Below, piece by piece: positions 13,001 through 26,300 of a stretch of 64,000 nucleotides of DNA. A model generated the notes under the pieces. It saw only the letters and a program-made list of their open reading frames with translations, had not been told where the DNA came from and did no database searches. The translations under genes were made by a program, and so were the position numbers. Each line of letters begins with the position of its first letter. The stretch's first letter is position 1. Location: assembly GCF_009914755.1 (NCBI RefSeq), contig NC_060925.1. One strand, written 5' to 3'. Source of the DNA: the human T2T-CHM13v2.0 reference genome, Homo sapiens.

Positions 13001-16000
13001 AATTGTTGGCAAGTGCGAAATAATATATTTAGTGAGGAATGTAGTGTGAAGCACATGAAACTGCACTGTCAGGAAGAGAAGTTGAATCTGGGGTCAGAAG
13101 AACTGGTTTCCATTCCTGGTTCTGCAAACTGCCATCAAACTTGAAGGACTCATTCTGAGGCAGAGAATGAATAAATCATTACCTTTGTGAAGCATCAGAA
13201 TCAGCAGCACTTTCCTGTCCCAGGAGAAGAGGGAAGGGGAGGATGGCACGTTTCAGGGCTTAGGGGAGGATAGGGGAGAAAAAGTGAGAAGGGAGGCTGA
13301 CAGAAGTGTTGCAGACACTGCAACACTTGCATACTTAACACTGTATACTAAAGTAGATGTTAACCTGCGCTGCAATCTGTATATGCTGATTCAGCTGTAA
13401 TCCAGTCGCTCACTTGTTACACTCTTACATTTTCACCAGTAAGTAGTCCTTGTGCCTCCTTGTATGGGTGGCCCAGTCTCTGATACTAGATCAGCAGCTT
13501 CAGCTTCATGCAGAGTCCTTCCTTTGAAAAACCAGCTTTTGCTTGATTTTATTATAGGATCTTGGTCTCATGTTAGTGTCTCTCTACCTCAGTCTTCCCA
13601 GAATGTAGGAATTCTTGCCCATAATATTAGGCCAGTACTTTTGTTCTAGGCTTATCTCAACAGACCTGATATCCACCTTTTCTCTTCCTATTACTCAGTA
13701 AGCATCCATCTTTAGATTGTGAACATACAAGACGCTGGCCTTTATAGGGCCTCTTATCTCTGTCACAGCATGGAGTTTTCATGAAAACAAGGGGCTGAGA
13801 ACTCTGCTGGCACATAGTAGGCACTCAGGACAGGTTAGCTGCTTTCAATATTATTTTTCTGTTCGTAGATGTCTTAGCATGATTATTATTTTTACTGAAA
13901 CCCACCCAAATTATCCATATGGAACAGTGGGCTCTGACCCAGGAAAGGGGGGCCCAGGAATTACTGTACTGCCTGTTGAGCACGTGCCTTAGTGTGTCCA
14001 TCTGTCTGCTAACCTCTTGGCTGTGTCTACCGGCACTGTGTTGCCACCTCCTGTGCAGCACTCATCCTCTGTGCTGCTCTCCTGGCTTGCCTGTCCTCCA
14101 TGCAGAGCTGTGGCCTTCCTAAGGGCTCCATTGATGGTTTATTCATCTTTGTTTGCCCAGCTCACAGCTCAGCTCCTAACGTACAGCATGCTCTGGGAAA
14201 TGCCTTCGGGTGAATAACTTAAAAAGGAGAACCAAATGATGGATGCCACTGAACTGTGTACAGAAAATGAAACAGAAATACTCTTAGCTAACTTGGCTCT
14301 AGAGCCAGACTGCCTGGGTTTGAATGCTGGCTCTGGTGCTTATGAGCTGGATGAGCTTATACAGTGACTGGCACATAGTAAGCCCTCAATGAATGTAAAC
14401 TATGATTATTTTTTATCATCATCATTATAAAAAGTCTTTAGTGGACTGGCTTCTTAAATACTGAGTGCAGTTTTGGCCTCCAAAACCCATAAGTAAGAAG
14501 TAATTTTGAAATATTAGAAAAAGTTAACTAGAAGGTGATGACAAAGAATCTCCTACTTCAAGGCCTCTGTAGTTGCTGTTTCCACAGAAATACTGTTCCC
14601 TCAGTCACATGATTTAATTCCTCATTTAATTCAAGTATTTACTCAAGTGTCACCTTATCAGAAAAATTTCTGGCCATCCTGTAAATAGCAAACTTTTCCC
14701 ACTAATTCTCCATTCTACTACTCTGCTTTATTTTTCTTCTTGGCACTTATTACCGTCACTTGAATTAGTACATATTTGTTCATTTATTATCTCTCTCCCC
14801 CACTAGAAAGTAAGCACCTTGTAGCCTCAGTGCCTAGGACAGTGCCTGGCATGGTGGGTAAATGTTTGTTGATAGGATTGAGTGGTAAAAGCAAGTCTCT
14901 TCATTTAGAGAGGATGACAGCAGAGAAAAGGTTAAGTGGAAGACTATAAGATCAAGAAAGGCCTGTATTATATGAATATAGTTATAATCACAATTACCTA
15001 AAATACTAGAATAAGGAAGTCCCATCTTTTTAAGGCTTGAAAAAGGTAAGATTAAGACAAAGGGAAGGAAGTTTTATTTTACACAACAGGGCATAGTTTA
15101 GGGGAATTCCTCGATCCAAGAAGTGGTGCCTTGTGGAAAGTAAGAATCTGTTCATAGATTTCTGGAACATCTGGGTACCTTTCTAGCCATTTAGCCTTGG
15201 GGGTTTCGTTAGCTTTCTTGCATTCTGCTCCTGGGGCCTCAGTTAGAGGCAGGCTCTTGTCTGAAGACACATGGGGCTGGTGTCAAATTGGCCATTTTGG
15301 ATGTTTCTATGAACCAACATAATGAGAGAGAGAAGTGAGAGGGCAAAGAATAGAGGTTGTTAAGAGCAAAGAGGAGGGATGGAGGGTTGGAAAGAGACCG
15401 AGTGGAGAATAAGGGATTGGTATTTCCCCTGGGTCTTCACAAGTGGGAGACACAGGGAAGAAACCCTGGCAGAAGTGTTTACATTTGAAAAGTTTAGAGG
15501 ACTACCATAGACCTTGGGTTAGAAAGGTTCATGCATTCTATGGTTTCTTCATTTAACAAATGTTTATTGATAACCGACTATGTATCAGACACTCTTCTAG
15601 AGATGGAGTTTGCAGCAGTGAAATCCTGCCCTCATACAGCTTTTACATTCTAGGCTGGGGATACATACAATAAACAAAGAAGTAACGTGTGTATGTCAGT
15701 GCCAAGTGCTATGGTGAGAAAGATACAGGGAAGGGGACAGGAAGTGCTGGATGGTGGGTGGAATGGGGGGCAGGGACAGGTTGTGATTTGTAACTGGGCA
15801 GGTGACCAGCGAAGGCCCCTCTGAGAAGGTGACATTTGATAATGGCCTGAAGGAGGCGAAGTTTTCTCTCTGGCTTCAACCAGAGGCCTCCTTGGTCCTG
15901 GGCAGCTGGGTTATTTATGTTTAACTGTGTGCTCCTGAGTCTCATTTCCTTCCCTGGCCCAGGCTCTCTAGTTTCCTTTACCCAGTAAATATTAGGCGCT

Positions 16001-17942
16001 GGGGACACACCATGAACAAGACAGAGAGGCTCCATGACTCTGTGGACCTTTCAGTCCAAAAAAAGGAAATAGGTAAATGGTTATTACCCAACAGTGTGAG
16101 GGATGCTGCATTAGGACATTTCCAGCTCAGAGCAGGGCATTGTTCTTACTAGAGGGTGATTAGGAAAGGCTTCCCAGCTGAGATGGAATCTTCAGTTGGA
16201 GTTTGTCTTTTCTTCATTTCCAGTCCTTTGTCCTTGTCTTCTGTCCACTCCTTTCTTTGCTGAATATTTCCTCAGATTTCAAGTCCCATCTCACATTTCT
16301 TGTTGTGTTAGACATCATGACTGATTTTTCCTTGGCCTCTACTTCCCAGTTTAATGAAGATAATAGCTATTGCCACCCACATACTCATAAGAATGCAGAA
16401 GTGTTACAGGGGATTAATGGCATTTTAGGATTAAGGACATGATGGTAGTTTAAAAGCTTTTAGCGCCTCCTAAATTAGGAGATCTACCTGACATTGCTAA
16501 GCCTCTCAGATTTCGCTGTGGCAATAGTTCTGTTTCTCCTTAGGCTCACACTAGCTACTGTTTGGAAAATTTGGGCACAATTGTCTTGGGTGTTAAGTCC
16601 TTGTCCTTTGGACCCCACCTCTTTCCCTTATAGGACTTTGTGATAAGAGAGCTTAGTAATGTGGCACTTGATGAACTTACAAGGGATGTGACAGGTGTCA
16701 GGGAAGCTTGATGATTGTCAGCCACAGCCACAGTGGGAACTGATGCAGACTTCTCAGTAGTTCTCTTGTTCTTGTGTCACAGACCCCACTGATCTGGGTG
16801 GGGGGGGCACCAGAGGCCTTAGAAGCAGGACACCTTTCTCTATCTGGGTCTTCATAATCTGTCCTGTCTTCTATTTCTGACTCCATCTCCCCTTCAAAAC
16901 TCCCCTGCTCTACTTAAAATGATCTCTTTGCCTAGCCTTGGGTGCATTTCCACATCTCCAGTAAGGTGGTAAGTCCTCTGAAGTAGGTTTCATTCTCCCC
17001 TCAATCTCTTTAAATCTACCCATCCTTCAATGTCCACTCCCAACAAAACCACTCGAGTTCTTTAATCTCTCTCCAACCTGCACTTGGGGATCACATCTTA
17101 TCTTTCATAGAGCTTCTTTGGTTCAGATCAACATCTACCTCCATATAGAGTCGTCAAGCTGGAACAGACCAGCACTGCTTAGCTCTAATCCAGTATTTTT
17201 CAAACTGTGTTCCTTGGCACCTGTCAGGGGCTGAGCTGAGCAGACAGGATTCTGCTGTTTATCCCCATTCAACTCACTGCTTTTATCTTTAAAACATCTG
17301 AAGCTTTTCCCTGAGGAAAGGATTCTGCAGTCAAAGAGTTTGAAAACTATAATATCAAATTTGATTTGTTTGTAAAATGGAAATAGAGGCCCATGTACAC
17401 AATGGCACATCGCTAGGCAGTGCTGGAATCAGCACCCCAGGATCCCAAGACCTATGCTTCCTATTAACAGAAAGTATCAGTGGAGTTGTGATGTGCTCTG
17501 TTGTACTATCTAGAGTGAATTAGAATCTCTTTGAAATCATAAAATGTCTTATATATCCTCGTTCTTTGGCACAATGCCTTGCTCATAGACGCTTAACAAA
17601 TATCAGCTGCCACTGCTGATGGTGATGACAAGGGTGACACACATCTAGCAAGCCCCCTGAGAGTACCCTGGGTGGCTTTCTTGGCTTTGGCCCTTCCACT
17701 GATGTGCTTATGGCAGTGGCTGGGCCCTCAGTTCAGGCAACGCACCTCATGGGGATCCTAACTGTGCTTTTAGTTATCTGCAAGGTCAACAGGAACCAAC
17801 TCTGCCTTTATTCCTCATCCTTTCACCACTGGCCTTAAAGCTGCTTCACCAGGAAACTGGAATACTCCCTAACAAACAAAGTGTCCAAGCTTGTGTCTGG
17901 CTCCCTTGCCTGAACTCCTCTTTCTACTCTGTCTACACATGT

Positions 17943-18252
17943 TTTTAGTTTAGTTTAGTTTAGTTTTTTGAGACAGGGTTTGCTCTCTCCTCCAGGCTGG
18001 AGTGCAGTGGCGCCATCACGGCTCACTGAAGCCTCAACCTTCCAAGCTCAAGTGATCCTCCCACTTCAGCCTCCCATGAGTAGCTGGAACTACAGGCATG
18101 CTCCACCACACCCAATTAATTTTTGTATTTTTTGTAGACATGGGATTTTGCCATGTTGCTCAGGCTGATCTTGAACTCCTGGGCTCAGGTGACTCTCCCA
18201 CCTTGGCCTCCCAAAGTAGTGGGATTATAGGCATGTGCTACAATGCCTGGCC
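17943..18252 (-). mobile_element. AluJ-type SINE with (TTTAG)n tail
   Basis: Full dimeric Alu antisense; TSD-like tacacatgtt/tatacatgtt. Confidence 0.9.
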
Positions 18253-18349
18253 TATACATGTTCTTTTATGATCCACCTCCTTCATGAAGCTTTCTGTAAT
18301 TCCTCAGGCTCCTATTTATCTTCGTGTCTCTATTAATCACACTTTTACC

Positions 18350-18590
18350 AAATATTTATCGAGCTCTTTAAACTATGCTATGTACTTTACATCCATCATC
18401 TCATTTGATGCTTACAACAAGCTTATGAGATAGATAATATTATCACTCTCATTTTATACATGAGGAAATTAAGGCTAAAAGAGATTAAATTATTTGTCCA
18501 AGGTCATAGAGGTAGAAAATAGTAGTGGTGAGATTTATATCCAGGCAGTCAGATCCCAGAACTTATGGGCCTAACAGTTGCAACCATACA
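18350..18590 (-). mobile_element. MIR
   Basis: attttatacatgaggaaattaaggct...ccaaggtcatag MIR core. Confidence 0.75.
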
Positions 18591-20460
18591 GAGCTCCTAT
18601 TTGGTATGGAGACAGCCACACTTTGTATCATTTACCCACAGATTCCTTCACCCAATATTTCCTAGATACTGACTATATTCAAAAGACCTTAAACAGTTTT
18701 AAAAGTTTATGTTAAAATTGCCCCATCTTCCTAGTGTCCCTGTGTGGAAATCTAATCTTGTCAACTTGACTGCAAGCTCCTTGAGGGTAGCTTCTTTATT
18801 CCTATCTCTCTTTTACCCTCTGCCCTTTTATCCTGTCCCAGTATGCTGGATGTAGATGCTCACCCAACTGATGGTCTTGATTGGATTATAGCACCTATAG
18901 TCTGTGACATGTGCAACAGATTCTCAAATTGGGGGAGAAGTTAGAAGTCTTCTGGTGAACTTCCCTGATTCCAAGTAGCCCCAACTACAGCTACAACTAA
19001 ACCATTTAAGGCAACACAATAATTTAATTCAGGGGTTGGCAAATGATGGCCCATGGGACCAATCAAGCCTGCTGTTTTTGTAAGGCCCACGAGCTAAGAA
19101 TGGTTTCACATTTTTCACTGATTGAAAAAAATCAAAAGAAGAATACTACTTTGTGACACTAAAAATTATATGAAATTCAAATCTTAGTGTCTATAAATAA
19201 AGTTGTATTGAAACACAGCTTTGCTTATTCATTACATAATATTGTATATGGCTGCTTTCATGGGACAACACCTGCTCAATGTTTCTGGGTGGGCTGAAAA
19301 TTGCAGTACTGCTATTGTAATTTGACACCATTGGGAGTGCCACTTTATAGTTGTACCATAATGTTTTATTTTACTTTTTAATTACTAGTGCATGCCCATC
19401 ATGTCAAAACAAAAAAAGAAGACAGAAATGGACTTCAAATGTCACACTTTCAAGGCAGGATTCTTTTGTTTGTAATGAATTAGATGGCAAAGCATTATGT
19501 TTATCATGCAATGACACTATAGCTGTGTTAATAGACTATATGTTGAAATGATCAGACTAAGCACTAATCACAATATTTCCAACTCACAGGAAGCAACAGT
19601 TAGAAAAATTAGGAAATTTAAAATAAAATATGTCATCATAGCAGAATTTCTTTATTAAAAAAATGAAAATGAGACTGCAACTAAAGTAAGTTTCTGAGTG
19701 GCTCATTTGTTAGCCAAACAAGTTAATCAATGGTGCATTAATTAAATCACGTTCAATTGCAGCAGCTGAAGAAATGTGTCTAGAGAAAATAAACTTGCTT
19801 AAGACAACCAGCTTTTGGGTGAAGAGTGAGGGAGGACATTGGGCTCAACATCAATAGTCAATTAAAAAATAAGGCACATGATTTTGAGTGATTTTCCTTG
19901 GTTCCTGATGAATTTACAGGATGTTTTTGACACTGTTTAGTTGTTTTTTTTAGGAATTAATGCTGAGTTTGAGATGACTAAATAATTAGCTTCCATAAAA
20001 CGTTCATGTGGAACAATTATGTGCAGAGATGTTTTCAAAGTACAGAAAATACTAATTTCCTGAAGTGAAATCTAAGAAATGTTACAACTGATGCTAACAT
20101 ACATGTGGAGAAGAAAAAGGCTTTTGGAAAATGTTCAAAGCTTGTGAACATGCAGTGTTTAAAGCCTGTGATTGTTCATTGTACTATCCTTCAGCAGGTA
20201 CTTTGCAGAAAATAGTTGAATCTTTCATATGCATTGAACCAGTGGTGTCAATGGAGAACTTCATTCACTCTTGTGACTTAACTATGGCCAGTTTTGTGAT
20301 TTTGTTAATCAGATCTAGAAGCTGAATATCCTTACTTGTTGTACAGTGCAGCAGTTTCATAGCTTAGCAGTTGTAAAGTTTTACTGTGATGTTTTGAGCT
20401 CAAGGCTAAGATTGGATTTGTTTTTTGTTTTGAATGAGAAGAATCACCCTCATTCACTAT

Positions 20461-21257
20461 TTTTTTTTTTCTTAAACTTTCATTTTAAGTTCTGGGGTAC
20501 ATGTGTAGGATGTGCAGGTTTGTGACACAGGTAAACCTGTGCCATGGTGGTTTGCTGCACAGATCAACCCATCACCTAGGTATTAAGCCCAGCATCCATT
20601 AGCTATTCTTCTTTATGCTCTCCCTTCCCCCACCCACAAGGCGCCAGTGTGTGGTGCTCCCTGCCATGTGTCCATGTGTTCTCATTGTTCAGCTCCCACT
20701 TATAAGTGAGAACATGTGATGTTTGGTTTTCTGTTCCTGCATTAGTTTGCTAAGGATAACAGCTTCCAGCCCTATCTATGTCCCTGCAAAGGACATGATG
20801 TCATTCCTTTTTCTGGCTGCATAGTATTCCATGGTATATATGCACCACATTTTCTTTATCCAATCTATCATTGATGGGCATTTGGGTTGATTACATGTCT
20901 TTGCTATTGTGAATAGTGTCTGATGAACACATGTGTGCAAGTATCTTTATAATAGAATGATTATATTCCTTTGGGTATATACCTAATAATGAGATTGCTG
21001 AGTCAAATGGTATTCCTGCCTCTAGATCTTTGAGGAATTGCCACACTGTCTTCCACAATGCTTGAACTAATTTACACTTCCACCAACAGTGTAAAAGTGT
21101 TCCTTTTTTTCTGCAACCTCACCAGCATCTGTTGTTTCTGGACTTTTTAATAATCGCCATTCTGACTGGCATGAGATGGTATCTCATTGTGGTTCTGACT
21201 TACATTTCTCTAATGATAGTGATGTTGAGTTTTTTTTCATATGTTTCTTGGCTACAT
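20461..21257 (-). mobile_element. 5'-truncated L1PA (mid-age)
   Basis: Poly-T, L1 3'UTR and ORF2 end; TSD tcattcactatttt on both sides. Confidence 0.9.
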
Positions 21258-21448
21258 TCATTCACTATTTTTGCACACTAAATCGCTTTGGAAGTTAGCT
21301 TATGTGGCAGACTTAATAGTATTTCTTAATAAATTCAATCTAAAATTGCAAGGCAGAACAGTGCTTAAATGTGAAACTTATACAGTGGTAAAGTTATTTC
21401 AAAGACAACTAACATTGGTTGAGTAACAAGCAATGTTAGAGTGTTTTA

Positions 21449-21800
<352 letters not shown>

Positions 21801-21831
21801 AAAAATTAACAATAAAAAGTAGAATTTTTAA

Positions 21832-21973
21832 GGCTAGGCGTGGTGGCTCACACCTGTAATCCCAGCACTTTGGGAGGCCGAGGTGGGTGGATCACAAGGT
21901 CAGGAGATCGAGACCATCCTGGCTAACATGGTGAAACCCCGTCTCTACTAAAAAACAAAACAAAACAAAAAAA
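21832..21973 (+). mobile_element. Alu left monomer only (AluY/Sc-like diagnostics)
   Basis: gatcacaaggtcaggagatcgagaccatcctggctaaca, ending in an A-rich linker. Confidence 0.85.
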
Positions 21974-22368
21974 AGTGAAATTTTTATTCCACAGAAATTT
22001 TAGCTAATATATTTTTTGAGCTCAAATTATAGTTCCAGCAGTGTTTCTTGGACATCAATGCAAATGCAAAGCAAATTTCCATATTTCAAAATTCATTGCA
22101 TTGTAATTAAAGAGCTTTCCCCCAACCTTCAATTGGAAGTGATTTGTCTTTAGTGTAATGACATGTTGTAAGGCAAATATCAAGTGATGAATCTTGTAGA
22201 GTTCTAGAAAGACCTTCAAAGTGATAAATATGCTCAAGTAAAATCAAATGTTTGTGGATATCAGTATTTGGCAGTATCTATCTGTGTGAAAAGACATTTA
22301 AAAAAATGGACTATGCGTTACTTATCAACATTAGCAGATGAACATTTGCAATAGATTTTGATAATAGG

Positions 22369-22514
22369 AGTTTGAGACCAGCCTGGACAACGTGGTGAAA
22401 CCCTGTCTCTACTAAAAATACAAAAAATTAGGTTGCAGTGAGCTGAGATGGCGCCACTGCACTCCAGCCTGGGCAACAAGAGCAAATCTCTGTCTCAAAA
22501 AAAAAAAAAAAAAA
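22369..22514 (+). mobile_element. 5'-truncated, internally deleted Alu
   Basis: TSD gataatagg at 22360-22368 and 22515-22523; poly-A tail. Confidence 0.85.
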
Positions 22515-23313
22515 GATAATAGGGACAATGGCTTTGAACCCCAATTAGATGATATGTTACCCTCCCACCCCCCCAAAAACAGAATTCAATTTTTCTCATT
22601 GGTAGACCTGTATTACAAAAACATTGTATTCAATTATTATTATATTTTGGATTTTGCCAATAAAAATTGTGGAAATTTGTTTTCTCTCATCATATATAAG
22701 TACTTTTGTAATATCTTTGGTTCACAAATACTTAAAATCTTTACTATCTGGCTCTTTACAGAAAAAGTTTGCCTGCTCTGATTTATCAGAACAACAAACA
22801 AGCAGACAGACAATAACTCAAAGATTCCATTTTTTTATAGTTCACTTCTTGTCAGGAAATATATCCTTGAATCCCAGTTAAATCCTTAGTCTTGTGGTTT
22901 TAGTGATTTCTTTTTGTACTGCCATGCCATCCGTGAAAAGCAAGGTCATCACGCCATTGTGGAAATCAGTTTTAATTTGCTCTGAGTCAGTTCTATGTAA
23001 CATAATAATGAAATAATGAAACCCTTTATTTGCAATAAAGATTTAGTTTCCTGAATGGGTCAAGCTGGTTCTTGATTTATGGGAACCATCTCCTCTAAAG
23101 TAGGGATGGGAAGGGTGGAGGTTGAGGATATCCGTTGTGCTTGAAGTGGTTGTGGATGGTAGTGAGTTCAGAGTCCCTTGAGCTACTGGGAGCAATGGAG
23201 TGAAGAGAACAAGAGGGAAGCCTCCCAGTGCCAGGAAGGAAGACAGGGCTCTGTGCAGGGATCAGGCATGGCCAGGACTTGGCTCAGTCCTCTTCCTGGG
23301 CCAGAGCTGCCAG

Positions 23314-23314
<1 letters not shown>

Positions 23315-23340
<26 letters not shown>
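23315..23340. repeat. (TC)13 microsatellite
   Basis: Direct read. Confidence 0.93.
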
Positions 23341-23344
<4 letters not shown>

Positions 23345-26300
23345 TCCACTCCCTCCTCTTCCTATGTTCTTTTGCAAGTTTGTGTTCAGGAAGGGGAGAA
23401 TAAAGAAGAGTAGCTCAGTTTAGGCCTGCCATATGGTGTGACTAAATGGTGAGCTATCTGAAGACAGAGACTTGACCTTACATTGCTTTGCATTCCCACT
23501 TATGTCTAAAAATAATAATCACAATAATGCTACATCCATAGTACTTTACATTTTACAAAACACTCTCATATTTAGTATTTCATTTGACCCTGTGAGGTAC
23601 ATGTGAGTTTTATAGATGAAGTTCAGAGAAGCTAAGTAATTAATCAAGATCGCATAGTCAGTATAATGCAGAGCTAGGACTTGAATCCAAAACTTCTACC
23701 TCCCAATCTGGTGCCCATTCCCCCTGCCTAGCACTATGCTGGACATAGATAGCTTCTGAGCCCTTGTTGGTTGATTGATTGGAGGACATCTAAGACTTTA
23801 CTGCTCAAATGCTATTGTGCCAAAAGCCCTACCATTATATCTGCACATTGCTTTGTTGAGGCACCCTCTTTCAAAATATGGATTGACATATTAAGGCATT
23901 AACACTTTTAAAGTGAGTTCTTTTCTTTGCTTGCTTGCACCCAGAACAAGAATGTGAACTTTAGGAGTTTTGCTAGTAGAGAGAATAAGGCTTCTGAAAA
24001 GGTTAACAAGGTTGGCTGTCAGATTTTTCCTCTTTCACAGTTTTTCCTGGGGTCTTGCAAGACTTATATCACATGAAAACTTGTCCTTTTGTTCTCCTGG
24101 AGCATGGGAGAAACGAACTTGGAATCTTCCAGGTAATCTCAGTAACCGGTCTGCTGGCTGAACCTCTTGCAAGATGCAGGCCCACCTTGTCCTGCTCCTG
24201 CAGGGTGGCATCCGGCCTCTGCATGACCATTCAGTCTGATGGGAGACTGAATAAACTGTCCCACCCTGGGACAATTCTAGCCATGGGGTATATTCATCTG
24301 CTTGGAGCTACAATCTGCCTGGGACTTTTGCTTCTTGGTTCCCATTCTGCCTTCTAGAACAATGTAAATCAAGTCTCATGAATGCTTTCTCTGTGTGACA
24401 TCAGGAAACAATAGGCCAGTCTCTTTCTTACACATCCTCATCTCAGTCTCTATAGCCTCTGTCATTTCAATCCTTTCTCACATAAGATCTCAAGAACATT
24501 CCCAATCCTGGCTGCCATCTCTGTATATGCTATAGCTTCTCAAATCCTCTCATAAAACATGGTACTCAGAACTGACTGGTACTCATTTGTTCATATGTTC
24601 ATTTATTCAACATATATTTATGGAGCTTACTGCATCCCAAACCCTGGGCCAATTTCTATACAAGATCAGATTCAATTCCCGACTGTGGTGCTTAATTTAA
24701 GAATCAAATCATCACATGCAAAAATAATTACAAACTGTGATACATCCTGTGAAGAAGAAATGCAGCACATTTTTTTTGGGAGCTTCTTAACATTAGAAGT
24801 CAGCATTAAAGGAGAGCCTAGTGCTTCTGGCCTATGGAGACAGAACCCAGAGCTGCAGAAGCCCTAGAGGAGATTTAGGATGGCAAGTCCTGGGCTTTCA
24901 AGAGGGACCTAAGCACACTTTTTGACAACTCACTTCCAAAAAGTGAGGAGTTCCAGGTATTTTCAGATCTGGTGGATTATACCAGAGTCATTCTCTCACC
25001 TGTGGTCTCTCTGTCTCACCTCCTTTTCTTCTTATCTGTTGGGAAAGACACAGGGAGAGACAGGCCAAAGTTGCACAAGAAGTCTTGGGAAAGGTTTTGG
25101 AAGAGTTTTGAGCCATGGCTCCCTAGGTTCAGCCAGTTCTGGGGAATGCTATGTTTCGGAAAGCCTTTGTTTTTGTAGACATCAAGTGCTGATTCTCAGC
25201 AGAGGCAGGGCTACATCCCCTCTAATGTCTTTCCTTTGCCAGGATGGGCAAAGGCTGGCTCAGTCATCCCAGGCTGGCCTTCTGGCTATGCCTCCAAGCT
25301 CTGGATGTCCCCTCTGGCTGGGTGAATGGCAAAGGTCAGTGTGGCTCTTCCTGCTGGCCCTGGTGCAGCAACTGTCCTGGGTACAGGCTGGATGGCACAT
25401 GCCACAGTGAAGTGAGGCCCTGCTCTGTAGAAACCTAGCCTCCTTCCCTTGTCTCATAAGTGACAAGAGACCATTCAATAGCTGCTATTGTTGCTACTCT
25501 TGTTTCTCTATTAACATCATTGCTGTCATTACTGCACACTGACTATTCTAATCACTAATAAGAGGAGTTTTATTTTACCCAGAAGCCTGATAGCTTACCC
25601 AGGTCAGAAATAGTCAGAGGCATTATAAAAGGGCTTGTCCTGATTGCTCTGCCTGTGGAGTAGTCATCGTTTTATTCCTTTACTTTCCTAAAGAACTTGT
25701 GTTCACTTTAAAAAAACAAGAAACAAACAAGGGATTGTCCTGAAGACTAAGGACCCCTCGAGTGACACAGCCAGAGCCAGTGACAGGGTTCTGACCTTCT
25801 AGAAAACGAGGCACATTGGGATGATAAGGCTGAATGGTCTCCATCATAGACTTAAATGGAGTTTAATCCCCATCCATGTGGTGGACCAGGGAGGAAGGGG
25901 CCCACTCCCAATATTCTCTTTTGCTCTAGGCACTAAAGACCAGGATTTGGAGTGTGACCTCATTATTAAAAGGCAAGGAGTATATAAGGCCCAAAGAACT
26001 TGAGATCTGGGCCAACAAAAAAAGAGGCAAAAAGTCTGGAAGAGAACACAAGAATAGGAGTCCTCTTTGAGGCTAATCTGAAGTCACACATTATGAAGGT
26101 GACTTGTTTTCCCTGCTTGCTTTACCGAAAACCTTCCAAGAAGTAATTTCTCCAGCTATGCTTTGGGGACAGTTGAATGAGTCTATAGTGCCTCCTTGAG
26201 GAAGCACCTGGAAACAACCACCCTGAAATGAAATCAGTGTAGATTCATCTGTAGGCTTGGAAATTATAGTAAGTGATAAGCACTTGTTAACATGTTGTTG

